Shown here: one piece after another, positions 28,643-38,211 of the stretch
Position numbering within the stretch: position 1 is the stretch's first letter
Layout of the letters: the number at the start of each line of letters is the position of its first letter
IMG/VR virus record: IMGVR_UViG_3300026286_000004
Strand: one strand, 5' to 3'
Source of the DNA: a virus
Taxonomy: Duplodnaviria > Heunggongvirae > Uroviricota > Caudoviricetes
Length of the DNA stretch: 64,000 nt
Made by a program: the position numbers and the translations under genes
Notes under the pieces: model-generated
Database searches by the model: none
What the model was told of the DNA's origin: nothing
Seen by the model: only the letters and a program-made list of their open reading frames with translations

Positions 28643-30625
28643 ATGGATAAGACCACTTACGACGCAGTCGTCGCCCAGCTTCAAGCCGCCTCCGCTGCCT
28701 ACTACGGCGACGGCAATTCGGTGATGTCGGACGCCGAGTTCGACGACCTGCTCGCGCAGGTCCGCGACTTCGATGCCACGAACGGCATCACCGACGGGAT
28801 CGCCGGGAAGGTCGCCGTCGGCGCCGTCACCGGCGATGTCGCGCACAGCACCCCGATGCTGTCGCTGGACAACATCTTCGACACCAGTGTGTTGCGGACG
28901 TGGATGAAGCGGGCCGACGTGACCGAGTGGGCGATCGAGCCGAAACTCGACGGTCTCGCGGTCGCCATCCAGTACGAGAGCGGCAAGCCCGTCCAGATGG
29001 TCACACGCGGTGACGGCCAGCACGGCGAGGACGTCACGTTCGCGATCGGCCAGATCGCCAACCTGCCCACGCTCGCCGGAGCGTTCTTCGGCGAGGTCCG
29101 GGGCGAGATCATCTTCACCCGCGAGCAGTTCGATGCCGCGAACAGCGCCCGTGTCGCCCACGGCAAACCTGCGTTCGCGAACGCCCGCAATGGCGCCGCA
29201 GGTGCTCTGCGTGGCGCGAAGGACCGCGCCTACGACATGCCGATGTCGTTCTTCGCCTACGACCTGACCGGCTCGCATGTCTCGCACACCGAGTCCATGC
29301 ACCGGCTGCGCGTCCTCGGGTTCGAGGTCGCCGTGGACGTGACCGCCGGGATGTCGCTCATCCCGCTCGACCGTTCCCTGGACGCTGTCGAGGTGGCGGG
29401 CGTTGTGACCGCGACGGCGGACCCGCTGGTGCGCGGCCAGCTGCCGGTCGAAACCGACGGTCTGGTCATCAAGGCCAACCAGCCCGCCGACCGGGATCGT
29501 CTCGGCGCCGGGTCGCGTGCGCCCCGCTGGGCGGTTGCTTTCAAGTTCCCTGCCGAGCAGGGAACGACGAAGCTGATCGGCTGGGACATGGAGGTCGGAC
29601 GGACCGGCGTCCTGACGCCACGGGCGATCCTGAACCCGGTGTTCGTCGGCGGCACGACCGTCACGTATGCGACCCTGCACAACTTCGAGGATGTGGCGCG
29701 CAAGGACATCCGGGTCGGCGACACGGTCGTGATCGTTCGGGCCGGCGAGGTAATCCCGCGCGTCGAAGCCGCCGTCCTCGCCGGCCGTGACGGGTCGGAA
29801 ACCCCGATCGTCGCCCCGACCTCCTGCCCGCGCTGCGGTGGCCCGCTCGATGCGTCCCAGGCTCGCCTGCGGTGCGCTGCCGGGCGTGACTGCGGTGTCG
29901 CGGAAGCGATCTCGTATGCCGTGGGCCGCGATGCCCTCAACATCGAAGGTCTCGGCAAGACCCAGGTGAGCAACCTGGTGGCGTCCGAGACGTTCGTGGA
30001 CGTGGCCTCCATCTTCGAGACCGGCGCGGTCGAGAACCTGCTTGTGACCGGCGGCAAGGTCGCCCCGGCGAACGCCCCGAAGATCGTCGCCCAGGTCGAG
30101 AAGGCGAAGTCGGCCCCGCTGGCGCGAGTCATCACCGCGCTCGGGATCAAGGGCACCGGACGGTCGATGAGCCGCCGCCTGGCCGCGCACTTCGGCTCGA
30201 TGGCCGCGTTGCAGGCCGCGACGGTGACCGAGCTGGCTGCCGTGGACGGTGTCGGTGATGTCAAGGCCGAGTTGATCCGAACCGAACTGGACGTTCTGGC
30301 GAACGTCATCACACGTCTCGCTGCCGCTGGCGTGGTCGCCGCGCAGGACCAGCCTGCCGCCCCGGCCACCGACGCCCCGGCGTCCGCGCTTCCGCTGGCA
30401 GGCAAGTCGGTGTGCGTCACCGGGACGATGGTTTCCCGGTCCCGGAACGAGATGAACGAGTTCGTCGAGTCGCTCGGCGCCAAGGCGTCATCGTCGGTCA
30501 GCAAGAACACGGACATCCTTCTCGCCGGTCCTGGTGCCGGAAGTAAGCTCGCCAAGGCCGAATCGCTCGGCGTCACGGTCATGTCCGAGGATGAGTTCCT
30601 CGCCGAGTTCGGCGGTGGGTCGTGA
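28643..30625 (+). CDS. ligA: NAD-dependent DNA ligase LigA
   Basis: Adenylation motif EPKLDGLAV, Zn finger CPRCG..C..C, and a C-terminal BRCT-like region. Class-1 motif at 28607-28645. Confidence 0.9.
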   Translation: MDKTTYDAVVAQLQAASAAYYGDGNSVMSDAEFDDLLAQVRDFDATNGITDGIAGKVAVGAVTGDVAHSTPMLSLDNIFDTSVLRTWMKRADVTEWAIEPKLDGLAVAIQYESGKPVQMVTRGDGQHGEDVTFAIGQIANLPTLAGAFFGEVRGEIIFTREQFDAANSARVAHGKPAFANARNGAAGALRGAKDRAYDMPMSFFAYDLTGSHVSHTESMHRLRVLGFEVAVDVTAGMSLIPLDRSLDAVEVAGVVTATADPLVRGQLPVETDGLVIKANQPADRDRLGAGSRAPRWAVAFKFPAEQGTTKLIGWDMEVGRTGVLTPRAILNPVFVGGTTVTYATLHNFEDVARKDIRVGDTVVIVRAGEVIPRVEAAVLAGRDGSETPIVAPTSCPRCGGPLDASQARLRCAAGRDCGVAEAISYAVGRDALNIEGLGKTQVSNLVASETFVDVASIFETGAVENLLVTGGKVAPANAPKIVAQVEKAKSAPLARVITALGIKGTGRSMSRRLAAHFGSMAALQAATVTELAAVDGVGDVKAELIRTELDVLANVITRLAAAGVVAAQDQPAAPATDAPASALPLAGKSVCVTGTMVSRSRNEMNEFVESLGAKASSSVSKNTDILLAGPGAGSKLAKAESLGVTVMSEDEFLAEFGGGS

Positions 30626-31054
30626 TGCGGGCCGCGCTGCGGGAGCTGGCCGCCACGGTCGCCGACCGGATCGCCTACGCCCCGGAGGTCGCGAAGGCCC
30701 GGACCGAATGGCGCCGCGCCGGCAACTTCCGCTCGCGCGCTGGCCGCAGCTGTGGCGGGCCTGCAACGGCGACTTCCGCTACCCGGTCCCCGGCCCGGAG
30801 ACGCTCGAGCAGCACGCGGCGGACATGCTCGACGATGTTCGGCTCGGCCCGGACACACCCTGAACCACCTGCTCCCGTCCGGGCTCACCGTCACCGTGGA
30901 GACCGAACGGCCAGCACGCACGGTCGCGGAACGGCACCAGCGCCTGACCGGACCTCGCGTCCGCCTGTTCGACCCTGACCTCCTGCGGGTGGCCTTCTGG
31001 CTGGTCCTGGCGGGCGGTGTCGCGTACCAGGCCGCCGAACTTTTCTTGCCGTGA
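30622..31054 (+). pseudogene. hypothetical gene whose protein-like segments lie in three successive frames, consistent with two 1-nt deletions
   Basis: Frame A reads MMRAALRELAATVADRIAYAPEVAKARTEW. Frame A-1 reads ..WPQLWRACNGDFRYPVPGPETLEQHAADMLDDVRLGPDTP. A further -1 frame reads TLNHLLPSGLTVTVETERPARTVAERHQRL..AAELFLP. The segments abut near 30720 and 30855. Confidence 0.4.
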
Positions 31055-31082
31055 TGCGTGCCGACGCCGGGGTGCCGCACTC

Positions 31083-31370
31083 ATGAAGATCATGAGCAGC
31101 ACGACGACCAACGACATGATCACAGTCAAGGGTCACAAGCAGATCATGACCGGCGACCCAGCCATCTTCGTTCTGGAGACTGGCGGGCACGGCGACCTCT
31201 ACCTGCGTCACGAGCGCGGCCAGTTGCACCTGTACTACGCCTTCTGCGGCGGGGTCCTGGCGCACACCACGGCACCCCGCGATTTCGACGGCACGGTCGA
31301 GTCGGCCGTGGCGGCATTCGCCGCCGTGAAGGTTCCGATTCGGATCGGCGTGCCTGCGGGCCGCTTCTGA
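31083..31370 (+). CDS. hypothetical protein
   Basis: Class-1 motif GCGTGCCGACGCC..CCGCACTCATGAAGATCATGAGC. The alternative start is 31092. Confidence 0.45.
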   Translation: MKIMSSTTTNDMITVKGHKQIMTGDPAIFVLETGGHGDLYLRHERGQLHLYYAFCGGVLAHTTAPRDFDGTVESAVAAFAAVKVPIRIGVPAGRF

Positions 31371-31391
31371 CCCGCAGGCCGACCGGGCCCG

Positions 31392-31835
31392 CTAGGACAT
31401 GTCCGCCCGGGTCCAGTGCAGCAGCTGCTGAATGGCCGCGACGACCGGACTGCCGTCCGCCCGCGGGTGTTCGATCCGGTCGTCGAACCAGCGGACCCCG
31501 CTCGAGGTCCTGACGAACGGACGCACCTTCACGTCCGTGTGTATGGGGGAGACCGTCACGGTGATGGCCGCCTCGGCAAGATGCTCGTCGTCGCCGTCCG
31601 AGGCGACCGAGCGCACCCATGCCTCGAAGCACAGGCGCGCTTCGTCGCATCGCATTCCTTGGCGGACCAGCTGTGCGATGACGGCCTTCGGGTCCTGGTC
31701 GCCGGATATCAGGAGCACCTTCGGCTGGTCGCCGGTCCGCATGCACAAAACTGGCTTCGCCAGGTCGTACTTTTCGACCACCTCGTAGAAGGTCTCTTCC
31801 AGTCTCTCGATGAGGGGTGTGTTCCGATCAGTCAT
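31392..31835 (-). CDS. hypothetical protein (147 aa)
   Basis: Clean ORF. Minus-strand class-1 motif GCGCGCC-N18-TCATT-N6-ATGACT at 31833-31871. Confidence 0.55.
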   Translation of the reverse strand: MTDRNTPLIERLEETFYEVVEKYDLAKPVLCMRTGDQPKVLLISGDQDPKAVIAQLVRQGMRCDEARLCFEAWVRSVASDGDDEHLAEAAITVTVSPIHTDVKVRPFVRTSSGVRWFDDRIEHPRADGSPVVAAIQQLLHWTRADMS

Positions 31836-31912
31836 GCCTTGAATGACGCCGCTGATGCCTGGTAGGCGCGCTTCGCCGCCGCCGTATCGGGGTGTTTTGG
31901 CAAAGAGCAGGC

Positions 31913-32572
31913 ATGCCCCTCGTTCCCGGCCTGTCGTTCGTCGCCCTCGACTTCGAATGCGCCAACAGCAGCCACGGCTCGGTGTGCAGCGTCGGGGTGA
32001 CCCGTGTCGTCGATGGTGTGGTGCACGAGCCCCGGCACTGGTTCATCCGTCCCGTGCCGCCGTTCGACTTCATCGCGCCGTACAACGCGCACCTGACCGG
32101 CATCACCGTCGCCGACCTCGCGGACGCCCCTGGGTTCGACTACTTCGGACCGCACCTGGTCCGCAACATCGGTGCGGGGATCGTCGTCGGCCACTGCGTG
32201 CGGTCCGCTGACCTGTCGATGTTCGAGCAGGCGTGGCATGCGAACCGGCTCGGCACCTCGCCGACGTTCCGCGCCCTGTGCACGCACGAGCTGGCGCGGG
32301 CGGTCCGTCCCGGACTGTCGTCGTACCGGCTCAACGACCTGGTCCGCTCCGTCCTCGGCGAGGACATGAAGGACCACCATAACGCCGGCGCGGACGCGCA
32401 TGCGACGGCCCGGCTCGCCGTTGCCCTGCTCGCTCAGAATCCGGCCCTGTTGGAGCGGTACTCCCGGCTGCGTCCCGGCCGTCCGCACCGGGAACCGAAG
32501 CCGCCGAAGCATCCGGGCATGGGAAACCCGCTCCCGCCGCGTAATGACCTCGTGCTACCGCACTCATGTTGA
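31913..32572 (+). CDS. DnaQ-like (DEDDh) 3'-5' exonuclease
   Basis: Exo I motif FVALDFECAN and Exo III motif HNAGADAHATARL. Class-2 GGCAAAGAG 5 nt before the ATG. Confidence 0.7.
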   Translation: MPLVPGLSFVALDFECANSSHGSVCSVGVTRVVDGVVHEPRHWFIRPVPPFDFIAPYNAHLTGITVADLADAPGFDYFGPHLVRNIGAGIVVGHCVRSADLSMFEQAWHANRLGTSPTFRALCTHELARAVRPGLSSYRLNDLVRSVLGEDMKDHHNAGADAHATARLAVALLAQNPALLERYSRLRPGRPHREPKPPKHPGMGNPLPPRNDLVLPHSC

Positions 32573-32574
32573 GC

Positions 32575-33372
32575 ATGACGACGATTCCGACCGTTTACGT
32601 GCCAGGCACCACGCCGCCGCGCGTCACGCCCGGCTGCGAGTGGGTGGTCGCCGGCGAGGGACGGGCGACGAAGAAGTATCGCGGCGTCCGGTTCCGTTTC
32701 GACGGCACCGCCTGGTTAGCGCGCCGCCTCGCGTGGGAGTTCCTGGACAACGCCTGGCAGCTGATCGAGATCGGCCCGGCGCTGGACCGGGATGATCTGT
32801 GGGAGCCGGCCGAGAACAGCAAGGCGTTCTTCTTCTTCGCATCCGCCCGCAACTTGCAGCGCGAGTGGACTCCCGGCCAGTACGACCTGATCGGGCCGCT
32901 CATCGAGCGCAACCTCGACCACGCGGAGGAGTACCTGCTCGCCGGGTCCGGGAACGCGGAGGAGTTCCTTCCCGCCCGGGGCCGGGACCCGCTGGACGCA
33001 ATGATCCTTGCCGCGCGCTACGGCTACGCGGGGCTGGTGTGGCGGCACCCGGACGGCCGGGAGGCACAGATGTTCGCGTCCGATGTCCCGCAGCCCACCC
33101 GGATCACCAGCGAGGCCGTACGTGCCGCCGCCTTCCACGACGTCACCGGCCGTGACGACCGGATTATCGCCGAGAAGCGGACCGGACGCACGTGGGCGGC
33201 GGAGCTTCCCGTCGTCCTGCCGTGCGAGTTGCACAACCCGTGCCGGCCGCTCGACGTGGACGAAGCCTTCGCCGTCGCAGAGGTTCTCGGCGAGCAGATC
33301 CCGCACCTGTCCGCGTGCAAAGCCAGGGCCCTGCTCAAACGCTGGGCGATCAACCACTTACAGAAAGGCTGA
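32575..33372 (+). CDS. hypothetical protein (begins MTTIPTVYV)
   Basis: Variant class-1 motif CCGCACTCATGTTGAGCATGACGACG. The ORF is open from 32566. Confidence 0.5.
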   Translation: MTTIPTVYVPGTTPPRVTPGCEWVVAGEGRATKKYRGVRFRFDGTAWLARRLAWEFLDNAWQLIEIGPALDRDDLWEPAENSKAFFFFASARNLQREWTPGQYDLIGPLIERNLDHAEEYLLAGSGNAEEFLPARGRDPLDAMILAARYGYAGLVWRHPDGREAQMFASDVPQPTRITSEAVRAAAFHDVTGRDDRIIAEKRTGRTWAAELPVVLPCELHNPCRPLDVDEAFAVAEVLGEQIPHLSACKARALLKRWAINHLQKG

Positions 33373-33378
33373 AACCCG

Positions 33379-33600
33379 ATGAGCACCAGGAAGATCCGCG
33401 TCACGATGAGACAGACGACTGTCACTGACGTCGAATTCGAATTCACCGCCACCGATCTCGCCCGCCATGGGATTCCGTTCGATATGGACGTCCTGGAAGA
33501 GGGGGGCTACGACGAGGCGCTGTTCACCATGATCGACAAGGTCAAGGAGCCGGTCGGGTACAGCGTCACGGACCGCATCTTCGAGTTCGAGTCCGCTTGA
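33379..33600 (+). CDS. hypothetical small acidic protein
   Basis: RBS AAAGG 8 nt upstream. Confidence 0.45.
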   Translation: MSTRKIRVTMRQTTVTDVEFEFTATDLARHGIPFDMDVLEEGGYDEALFTMIDKVKEPVGYSVTDRIFEFESA

Positions 33601-33644
33601 GGGTCGGTGCGTACCAACGGCATTCGACCGGCGTCATCCTCGGT

Positions 33645-33860
33645 ATGAAGCTGATCGAGAACCGGACCGATTACCGGGACGCCATCACGGTCGCCTGGTC
33701 GCTGATCGGCGCGGGAGTGCTGATGATCGCCTGGGCGGCCCTGGCACCCGTATCGCCGCTCGTGCCGTCCTGGCTGCCGCCGCTGCTGGCCGGCGGTACC
33801 ACGGCAGCCGGCTGCTGCCTGCTGGTTCTCGCGCACGTCCTTTGGGACCGGTTCCAGTGA
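33645..33860 (+). CDS. small membrane protein
   Basis: Class-1 motif at 33609-33647. Two TM helices. Confidence 0.4.
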   Translation: MKLIENRTDYRDAITVAWSLIGAGVLMIAWAALAPVSPLVPSWLPPLLAGGTTAAGCCLLVLAHVLWDRFQ

Positions 33861-34276
33861 GCGCGCGCACGTTCGATCCGTCGCTGCGCGGAACATGCAA
33901 GCAGGCGGCGGAGGCAGCGGTCGCCGCAGACCCGGCGTTGCGGCTGGTGCGCGGCTGGTACTTCGACCCGGTTTGGGGGCAGCAGGAGCATTGGTGGGCG
34001 GCAGCCGACGACGGCACCATCGTCGACCCGACAGCGGCGCAGTTCCCGCACGGTGGGGTCGCCGCGTTCTACGCCGAGTTCGACGGCTGGGGCGTGTGCG
34101 AGGAATGTGGGCACGATGTGCACGAGGACGACATGTACCGCTGCGAGGCACCCATGATGATCTGTTCCGCGTACTGCTACGGCTTGATGATCGGGCTGCC
34201 CGGGAACGTCGACCGGTCCGACCTGGAAGCCGCATGGGCCACGGCGAACGCCCGACAGGAAAGCGAAAGACTATGA
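33857..34276 (+). CDS. Cys/His-rich hypothetical protein (CEECGHDVHEDDMYRCE..CSAYCYG)
   Basis: GTGA-coupled start. Confidence 0.45.
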   Translation: MSARTFDPSLRGTCKQAAEAAVAADPALRLVRGWYFDPVWGQQEHWWAAADDGTIVDPTAAQFPHGGVAAFYAEFDGWGVCEECGHDVHEDDMYRCEAPMMICSAYCYGLMIGLPGNVDRSDLEAAWATANARQESERL

Positions 34277-34530
34277 CCGGCAACCATTTCGGCACTCGCG
34301 TTGAGCTTCCGGACGGCGTCGACTTCAAGGGTGCCGGGCACGGGCCGGAGCACCTGTGCTGGTTCTGCGCGACCCGCCAGCAGCGGGAGGACTTCTTTCC
34401 GGAAATGCCGTACGGGCACACCTTGTGCGCCCGTTGCGGTGCATTCATGAAGACCGGGATCGACGACCCGTCGAACCAACAGATGCGCGTGTGCAGCGAA
34501 TGCGGGAAGACCCTGGCCGGCGATCTGTGA
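34273..34530 (+). CDS. Zn-ribbon protein (CWFC..CARCG..CSECG)
   Basis: ATGA-coupled start. Confidence 0.45.
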   Translation: MTGNHFGTRVELPDGVDFKGAGHGPEHLCWFCATRQQREDFFPEMPYGHTLCARCGAFMKTGIDDPSNQQMRVCSECGKTLAGDL

Positions 34531-34546
34531 CGTCTCGCGAAAACCG

Positions 34547-35098
34547 TTGCCGGAGCGTACGATCACGGCATCCGGCCGCCAGCTCCCCGTGGCCCGAACC
34601 GAAAGGTCGCCGCCGATGCCGGTGGACGTTTCCGAAGTTCATGTCCGCACCGTGGCGCAATGCCTTACGTTGACGCACGCCTTCCACGACGAGAATGGCC
34701 GGGCGGACCTGCGGCTGCTCGTGCAGCGGCTGAACGGGACGGTCGTGGCCGGCCGGCCACAACTGACCGTCGGCGATGACGGCACTTTCACGATCGCGAC
34801 GCTGCACGGATCCCGGTACGAGACTGCTCACTTCCTCGGGCATTACGTGCTCGGCTTCCTCGACGCCGGACGTAGTGGTCCGGCGTTGGTCTGGTGCCCG
34901 ACAACGATTTCCGGGGAGCGGGCGGCGAACCTGTTCGCGGACGAGATCCTCATGCCGCCGCAGTTCTTCCACGACTCGGTCGCGGCGCACCGCAACGACA
35001 TGCGCTCGATCGCGGAACAGTTCGGGGTCACCCCGCTGACCGCGAGGATGCGGTCGCACCGGTTGCGCACCGGCGCCGGGATTGCGTCCGTGCGCTGA
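34547..35098 (+). CDS. ImmA/IrrE-family metallopeptidase-like domain protein with a degenerate HExxH (HFLGH)
   Basis: ETAHFLGHYVLGFLD followed by NLFADEILMPP, the family's C-terminal motif. The catalytic Glu is replaced by Phe. Confidence 0.5.
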   Translation: MPERTITASGRQLPVARTERSPPMPVDVSEVHVRTVAQCLTLTHAFHDENGRADLRLLVQRLNGTVVAGRPQLTVGDDGTFTIATLHGSRYETAHFLGHYVLGFLDAGRSGPALVWCPTTISGERAANLFADEILMPPQFFHDSVAAHRNDMRSIAEQFGVTPLTARMRSHRLRTGAGIASVR

Positions 35099-35106
35099 CG
35101 GACGCC

Positions 35107-35145
35107 GCGTAACGACCGTCGCTGACCGGCGTCATCTGCGGCATG
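35107..35145 (+). promoter_or_regulatory. class-1 start-associated motif (representative): GCGTAACGACCGTCGCTGACCGGCGTCATCTGCGGCATG
   Basis: GCGTAAC-N18-TCATC-N7-ATG. One of about 25-30 copies. Confidence 0.6.
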
Positions 35146-35832
35146 AAGACCGATCACGTCTCCCGGCTGCTGACCGCGCCGCGCCTGTTCACCGCCGTTG
35201 TCGGTTCTCGCGCGTACGGTCTGGCGAACACGGGTAGCGATACGGACAAGTTCGGTGTCGCCCTACTGCCTGCGACCGTCTTCCTCGGCCTGAACCCGCC
35301 GGCGAAGGAAGCACTGACGTACCACTCGACAGGGACCGCCGACGACATCACGGTCCACGAGGCCGGTAAGTACCTGTCGCTGGCGCTGCGCGGCAACCCG
35401 TCCGTCCTCGAGACGTTCTGGCTGACCGACTACCTCGATGTCTCGCCGCTTGGTCGGTCCCTGCTGGAGCTACGCGACGCGGTCCTTTCCCGGCGCGAGG
35501 TCGCGTCCTCCTACCTCGGGTACTGCTCCGCGCAAGCCCACGGGATCGCCGTGAAGCAGGCCACGAAGCACGAGAAGTTCGGCCGGCACCTGTACCGGCT
35601 CGCCGAGCAGGCGACCGGCCTGTGGACCACCGGTCGGATCGACCCGGTCGTCGCCGACCCGGAGGCATGCCGGGCGTTCGGACGGTCCTGCGCGAACGGT
35701 GAGACCGCTCCGGCCGAGGCCCTGATCGCCCGGTTGAAGGACACGTTCGAGCAGCCGACACCGCTGCCGGTGCGCGCCGAACAGGACCGGATCAACGACT
35801 GGCTGGTCGCCACCCGCAAAGCGACCCTCTGA
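35143..35832 (+). CDS. Pol-beta-superfamily nucleotidyltransferase-fold protein
   Basis: GSRAYGLANTGSDTDKFGV matches the GS..DxD NTase motif, followed by a helical C-terminal domain. Class-1 motif at 35107-35145. Confidence 0.55.
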   Translation: MKTDHVSRLLTAPRLFTAVVGSRAYGLANTGSDTDKFGVALLPATVFLGLNPPAKEALTYHSTGTADDITVHEAGKYLSLALRGNPSVLETFWLTDYLDVSPLGRSLLELRDAVLSRREVASSYLGYCSAQAHGIAVKQATKHEKFGRHLYRLAEQATGLWTTGRIDPVVADPEACRAFGRSCANGETAPAEALIARLKDTFEQPTPLPVRAEQDRINDWLVATRKATL

Positions 35833-35890
35833 GCGCGGAACCCCCTCTCTCGCAACATCATCAAAGTAGCAACCCGACACAGAAAGACAC

Positions 35891-36877
35891 ATGATGGTCA
35901 ACAAGATCAAGGGCTACGCCCTGCTCGCCGCGGTAGCGGTCGTCATCCTCAGCGTCCTCGGATTCCTCATCTCCGGGACCGTGTCCGCGCAAGCCGACGA
36001 GGTCGCCGTGCACAAGGGCGGCGGCATCATCGAGTCGCCCAACTCGAAGGGCTGCGTGAAAGCGAACTCGCGCGAGATCCAGAAGCCCGGCGACAAATAC
36101 TTCTGGTACCCCGCGTCCCAGCGCACGTACAACTTCACCGGAGTCGAAGGCTCCGACCACGGCTCGTTCACTGTCGTGTCCAAGGACTACCAGCCGCTGT
36201 CCGTGCCGGGCTCGGTCGAGTTCACCCTGAACACCGACTGCGAGGTGCTGACCCGCTTCCACGACTCGATCGGCAACCGGTACTCCGCCTTTCACTCTGG
36301 CTCCGGAGACTGGTCGGAGACCCCGGACGGCTGGCGGATTATCCTTGACCTGTACTTCGCGCCCGCGCTCGACGCGACCCTGGACCGGGTGGCGAAGAAG
36401 TACACGTGGAAGGAGCTATACGCCGACCCCACGATCAAGGACGAGATGAACAAGACGGTCAACGAGCAGCTGGCCGCCCTGATCCAGCAGAAGATGCCCG
36501 GCGAGGACGAGTTCTTCCAGGGCTTCTCCGCGCTCATCCAGCAGCCGCAACCGGCGGAGACCCTCGTGACCGCCCTCGGCAATGAGGAGTCGGCGAAGGC
36601 TCAGGCGAATGCCGCCAAGGCGAAGGCTGTCGCGGACGCCGAGACGCAGCGTGCGAAAGCCGTCGCGGATGCCGAAGCGGCGAAGGCTGCCGCCGAGGCG
36701 CAGGTGGCGACGAAGGAGGCCGAGGCCCGGATCGCCAAGCTCGATGCCGAGATCCTCGAGCAGAAGATCAAGCCGTTCGGTTCCGTTGAGGAGTACAACA
36801 GCCACCTCGCGATCGAGCAGGGTCTCAACCCCTACCAGCCGACGTACGGCGGCAACGTCCTGACCCCGGCCAAGTAG
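35891..36877 (+). CDS. SPFH/band-7-like membrane protein (N-terminal TM, Ala/Glu-rich coiled-coil tail)
   Basis: TM helix LLAAVAVVILSVLGFLI. C-terminal AKAQANAAKAKAVADAETQRAKAVADAEAAKAAAEAQ. Confidence 0.5.
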   Translation: MMVNKIKGYALLAAVAVVILSVLGFLISGTVSAQADEVAVHKGGGIIESPNSKGCVKANSREIQKPGDKYFWYPASQRTYNFTGVEGSDHGSFTVVSKDYQPLSVPGSVEFTLNTDCEVLTRFHDSIGNRYSAFHSGSGDWSETPDGWRIILDLYFAPALDATLDRVAKKYTWKELYADPTIKDEMNKTVNEQLAALIQQKMPGEDEFFQGFSALIQQPQPAETLVTALGNEESAKAQANAAKAKAVADAETQRAKAVADAEAAKAAAEAQVATKEAEARIAKLDAEILEQKIKPFGSVEEYNSHLAIEQGLNPYQPTYGGNVLTPAK

Positions 36878-36983
36878 CCAAGACCCCAGTCCTGGTCCGC
36901 CATGCGGGCCGGCCCGGACGCACAGTACGAGCGCTGCGCCGGCCCGCAGGCGGCATCCGGATTCAACCACGAAAGACCCGCTG

Positions 36984-37208
36984 ATGCGCATCTTCCTGAT
37001 CCTCGCGATCATCCTCGGTTTCGTCGCCGGCTACATCGCCTCGGTCGCCGTCGGAACACGCTCTCGCACACCGCAAGACCAGCGTGTCGTGCAGCCGTGG
37101 GAGCGGGCCCTGCTGTTGGCCGGCACCGCGGCGATCATCCTGACCGGCGCAGCCGTGCTCGTGCTCGTCATCGTGATCCTCTTCCGATCCGTCCTCGATA
37201 TCGCGTAA
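36984..37208 (+). CDS. small membrane protein (2 TM helices)
   Basis: The stop TAA lies inside the GCGTAA of the next motif. Confidence 0.4.
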   Translation: MRIFLILAIILGFVAGYIASVAVGTRSRTPQDQRVVQPWERALLLAGTAAIILTGAAVLVLVIVILFRSVLDIA

Positions 37209-37241
37209 CGACGTCCGATCACCGGGCTCATCTTGGTCATG
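37203..37241 (+). promoter_or_regulatory. class-1 motif: GCGTAACGACGTCCGATCACCGGGCTCATCTTGGTCATG
   Basis: Same architecture. Its first element contains the TAA stop of the 36984 gene. Confidence 0.6.
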
Positions 37242-37514
37242 AAACGCGCTCTCACTGTCCTGGCTGCGGCGCTGTTGCTCGGTGGCTGCGGCAGCTCTGT
37301 CTCGCCCAAAGACCCCAACGTCAACGGCGCCCCGTCGCCGGTCACGTCCAAAAAGGTGAAGGTCATCCCGATCACCGGGGATCAGCTGGTCCCGCGGGAC
37401 GTGTCCGTCCTCTGCGTGGACGGGTTCGCCTTCCTGTCCGTTTTCTACGAAGTCATGTACGCCGGGAACCCGCCGCTCGCGCGGTTCCCCGAGATGGACG
37501 AGACGTGCCGGTAG
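37239..37514 (+). CDS. lipoprotein (MKRALTVLAAALLLGGCGSS)
   Basis: Lipobox LGGC. Class-1 motif at 37203-37241. Confidence 0.5.
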   Translation: MKRALTVLAAALLLGGCGSSVSPKDPNVNGAPSPVTSKKVKVIPITGDQLVPRDVSVLCVDGFAFLSVFYEVMYAGNPPLARFPEMDETCR

Positions 37515-37590
37515 TAGCGGTCGACCTCGCCCGCCTGGTGGCCGAAGCCATCCAAGGCCATCGAGAATCCGCCCCGCCTCCGCGGGGGAT

Positions 37591-37620
37591 ACCGATCGGT
37601 ATGCCAGATCCGGCATACCG
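37591..37620. promoter_or_regulatory. 12-bp perfect palindrome gatcggtatgcc-N6-ggcataccgatc immediately upstream of a class-1 motif
   Basis: Seen in sequence. Candidate operator or terminator. Confidence 0.35.
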
Positions 37621-37651
37621 ATCCGCGTGCTTACCTTGACGGACCGGCTTC

Positions 37652-38170
37652 ATGACCAGCATGACCTTCGACCGTCAGACCCCGCCCGTCAAGGGCCACC
37701 GTCTCGTTGTCACGCGCGACCAGGTGGACGAGTTCGCTCAAGCCCAGTCGTCGTCGCGTGTCTCCACGCGGCTGGCCCGTGGGTTCACCGCCCACGATGT
37801 CGCCAAGCATGGCCTCGGTTTCGACCCAAGTATCGGCAAGCCCGGCGCGGACTTCGGCGGGAAGAGCCGGGACGGCTGGGTCCGCGAGTACGTCGACCTG
37901 GCGAAGCTGAACCGTCTACTGGCCCAGATGGTTGCCGACGGCGACCTCACCCCGGTGTCCGCGAGCGATGCGCACGTCGTGCTCCCGCCCAGGGCCCGAA
38001 GCGGTTTCGTCTGGACCGCGGACCTGGATGTCGCCCGGCAGGCCGCCGAACAGGCGCGGGCAGCTAAGCTCGACACGCAGCTGCGTGACCGCGCCCTGCG
38101 GATCGTCGCAGAACGGCACGCCGACGAGGTCGAAGCGGTCCTGGCCGAACTGCGGGCGGCGCAGAGCTGA
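37652..38170 (+). CDS. hypothetical protein; paralog of 40470..40907 (shared LN(R/E)LL(A/R)QMVADG(D/T)L)
   Basis: Class-1 motif at 37625-37663. The alternative start is 37661. Confidence 0.55.
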   Translation: MTSMTFDRQTPPVKGHRLVVTRDQVDEFAQAQSSSRVSTRLARGFTAHDVAKHGLGFDPSIGKPGADFGGKSRDGWVREYVDLAKLNRLLAQMVADGDLTPVSASDAHVVLPPRARSGFVWTADLDVARQAAEQARAAKLDTQLRDRALRIVAERHADEVEAVLAELRAAQS

Positions 38171-38211
38171 TGACCCGCCGCGAAACCGCGGCTCGGCGGC
38201 AAAGAGCCGAT

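Noticed and set aside
28325-31080. Antisense ORFs over ligA (28325..30190 -, 29257..31080 -)
   Set aside because: Shadow ORFs with low-complexity Arg/Ala/Pro composition.
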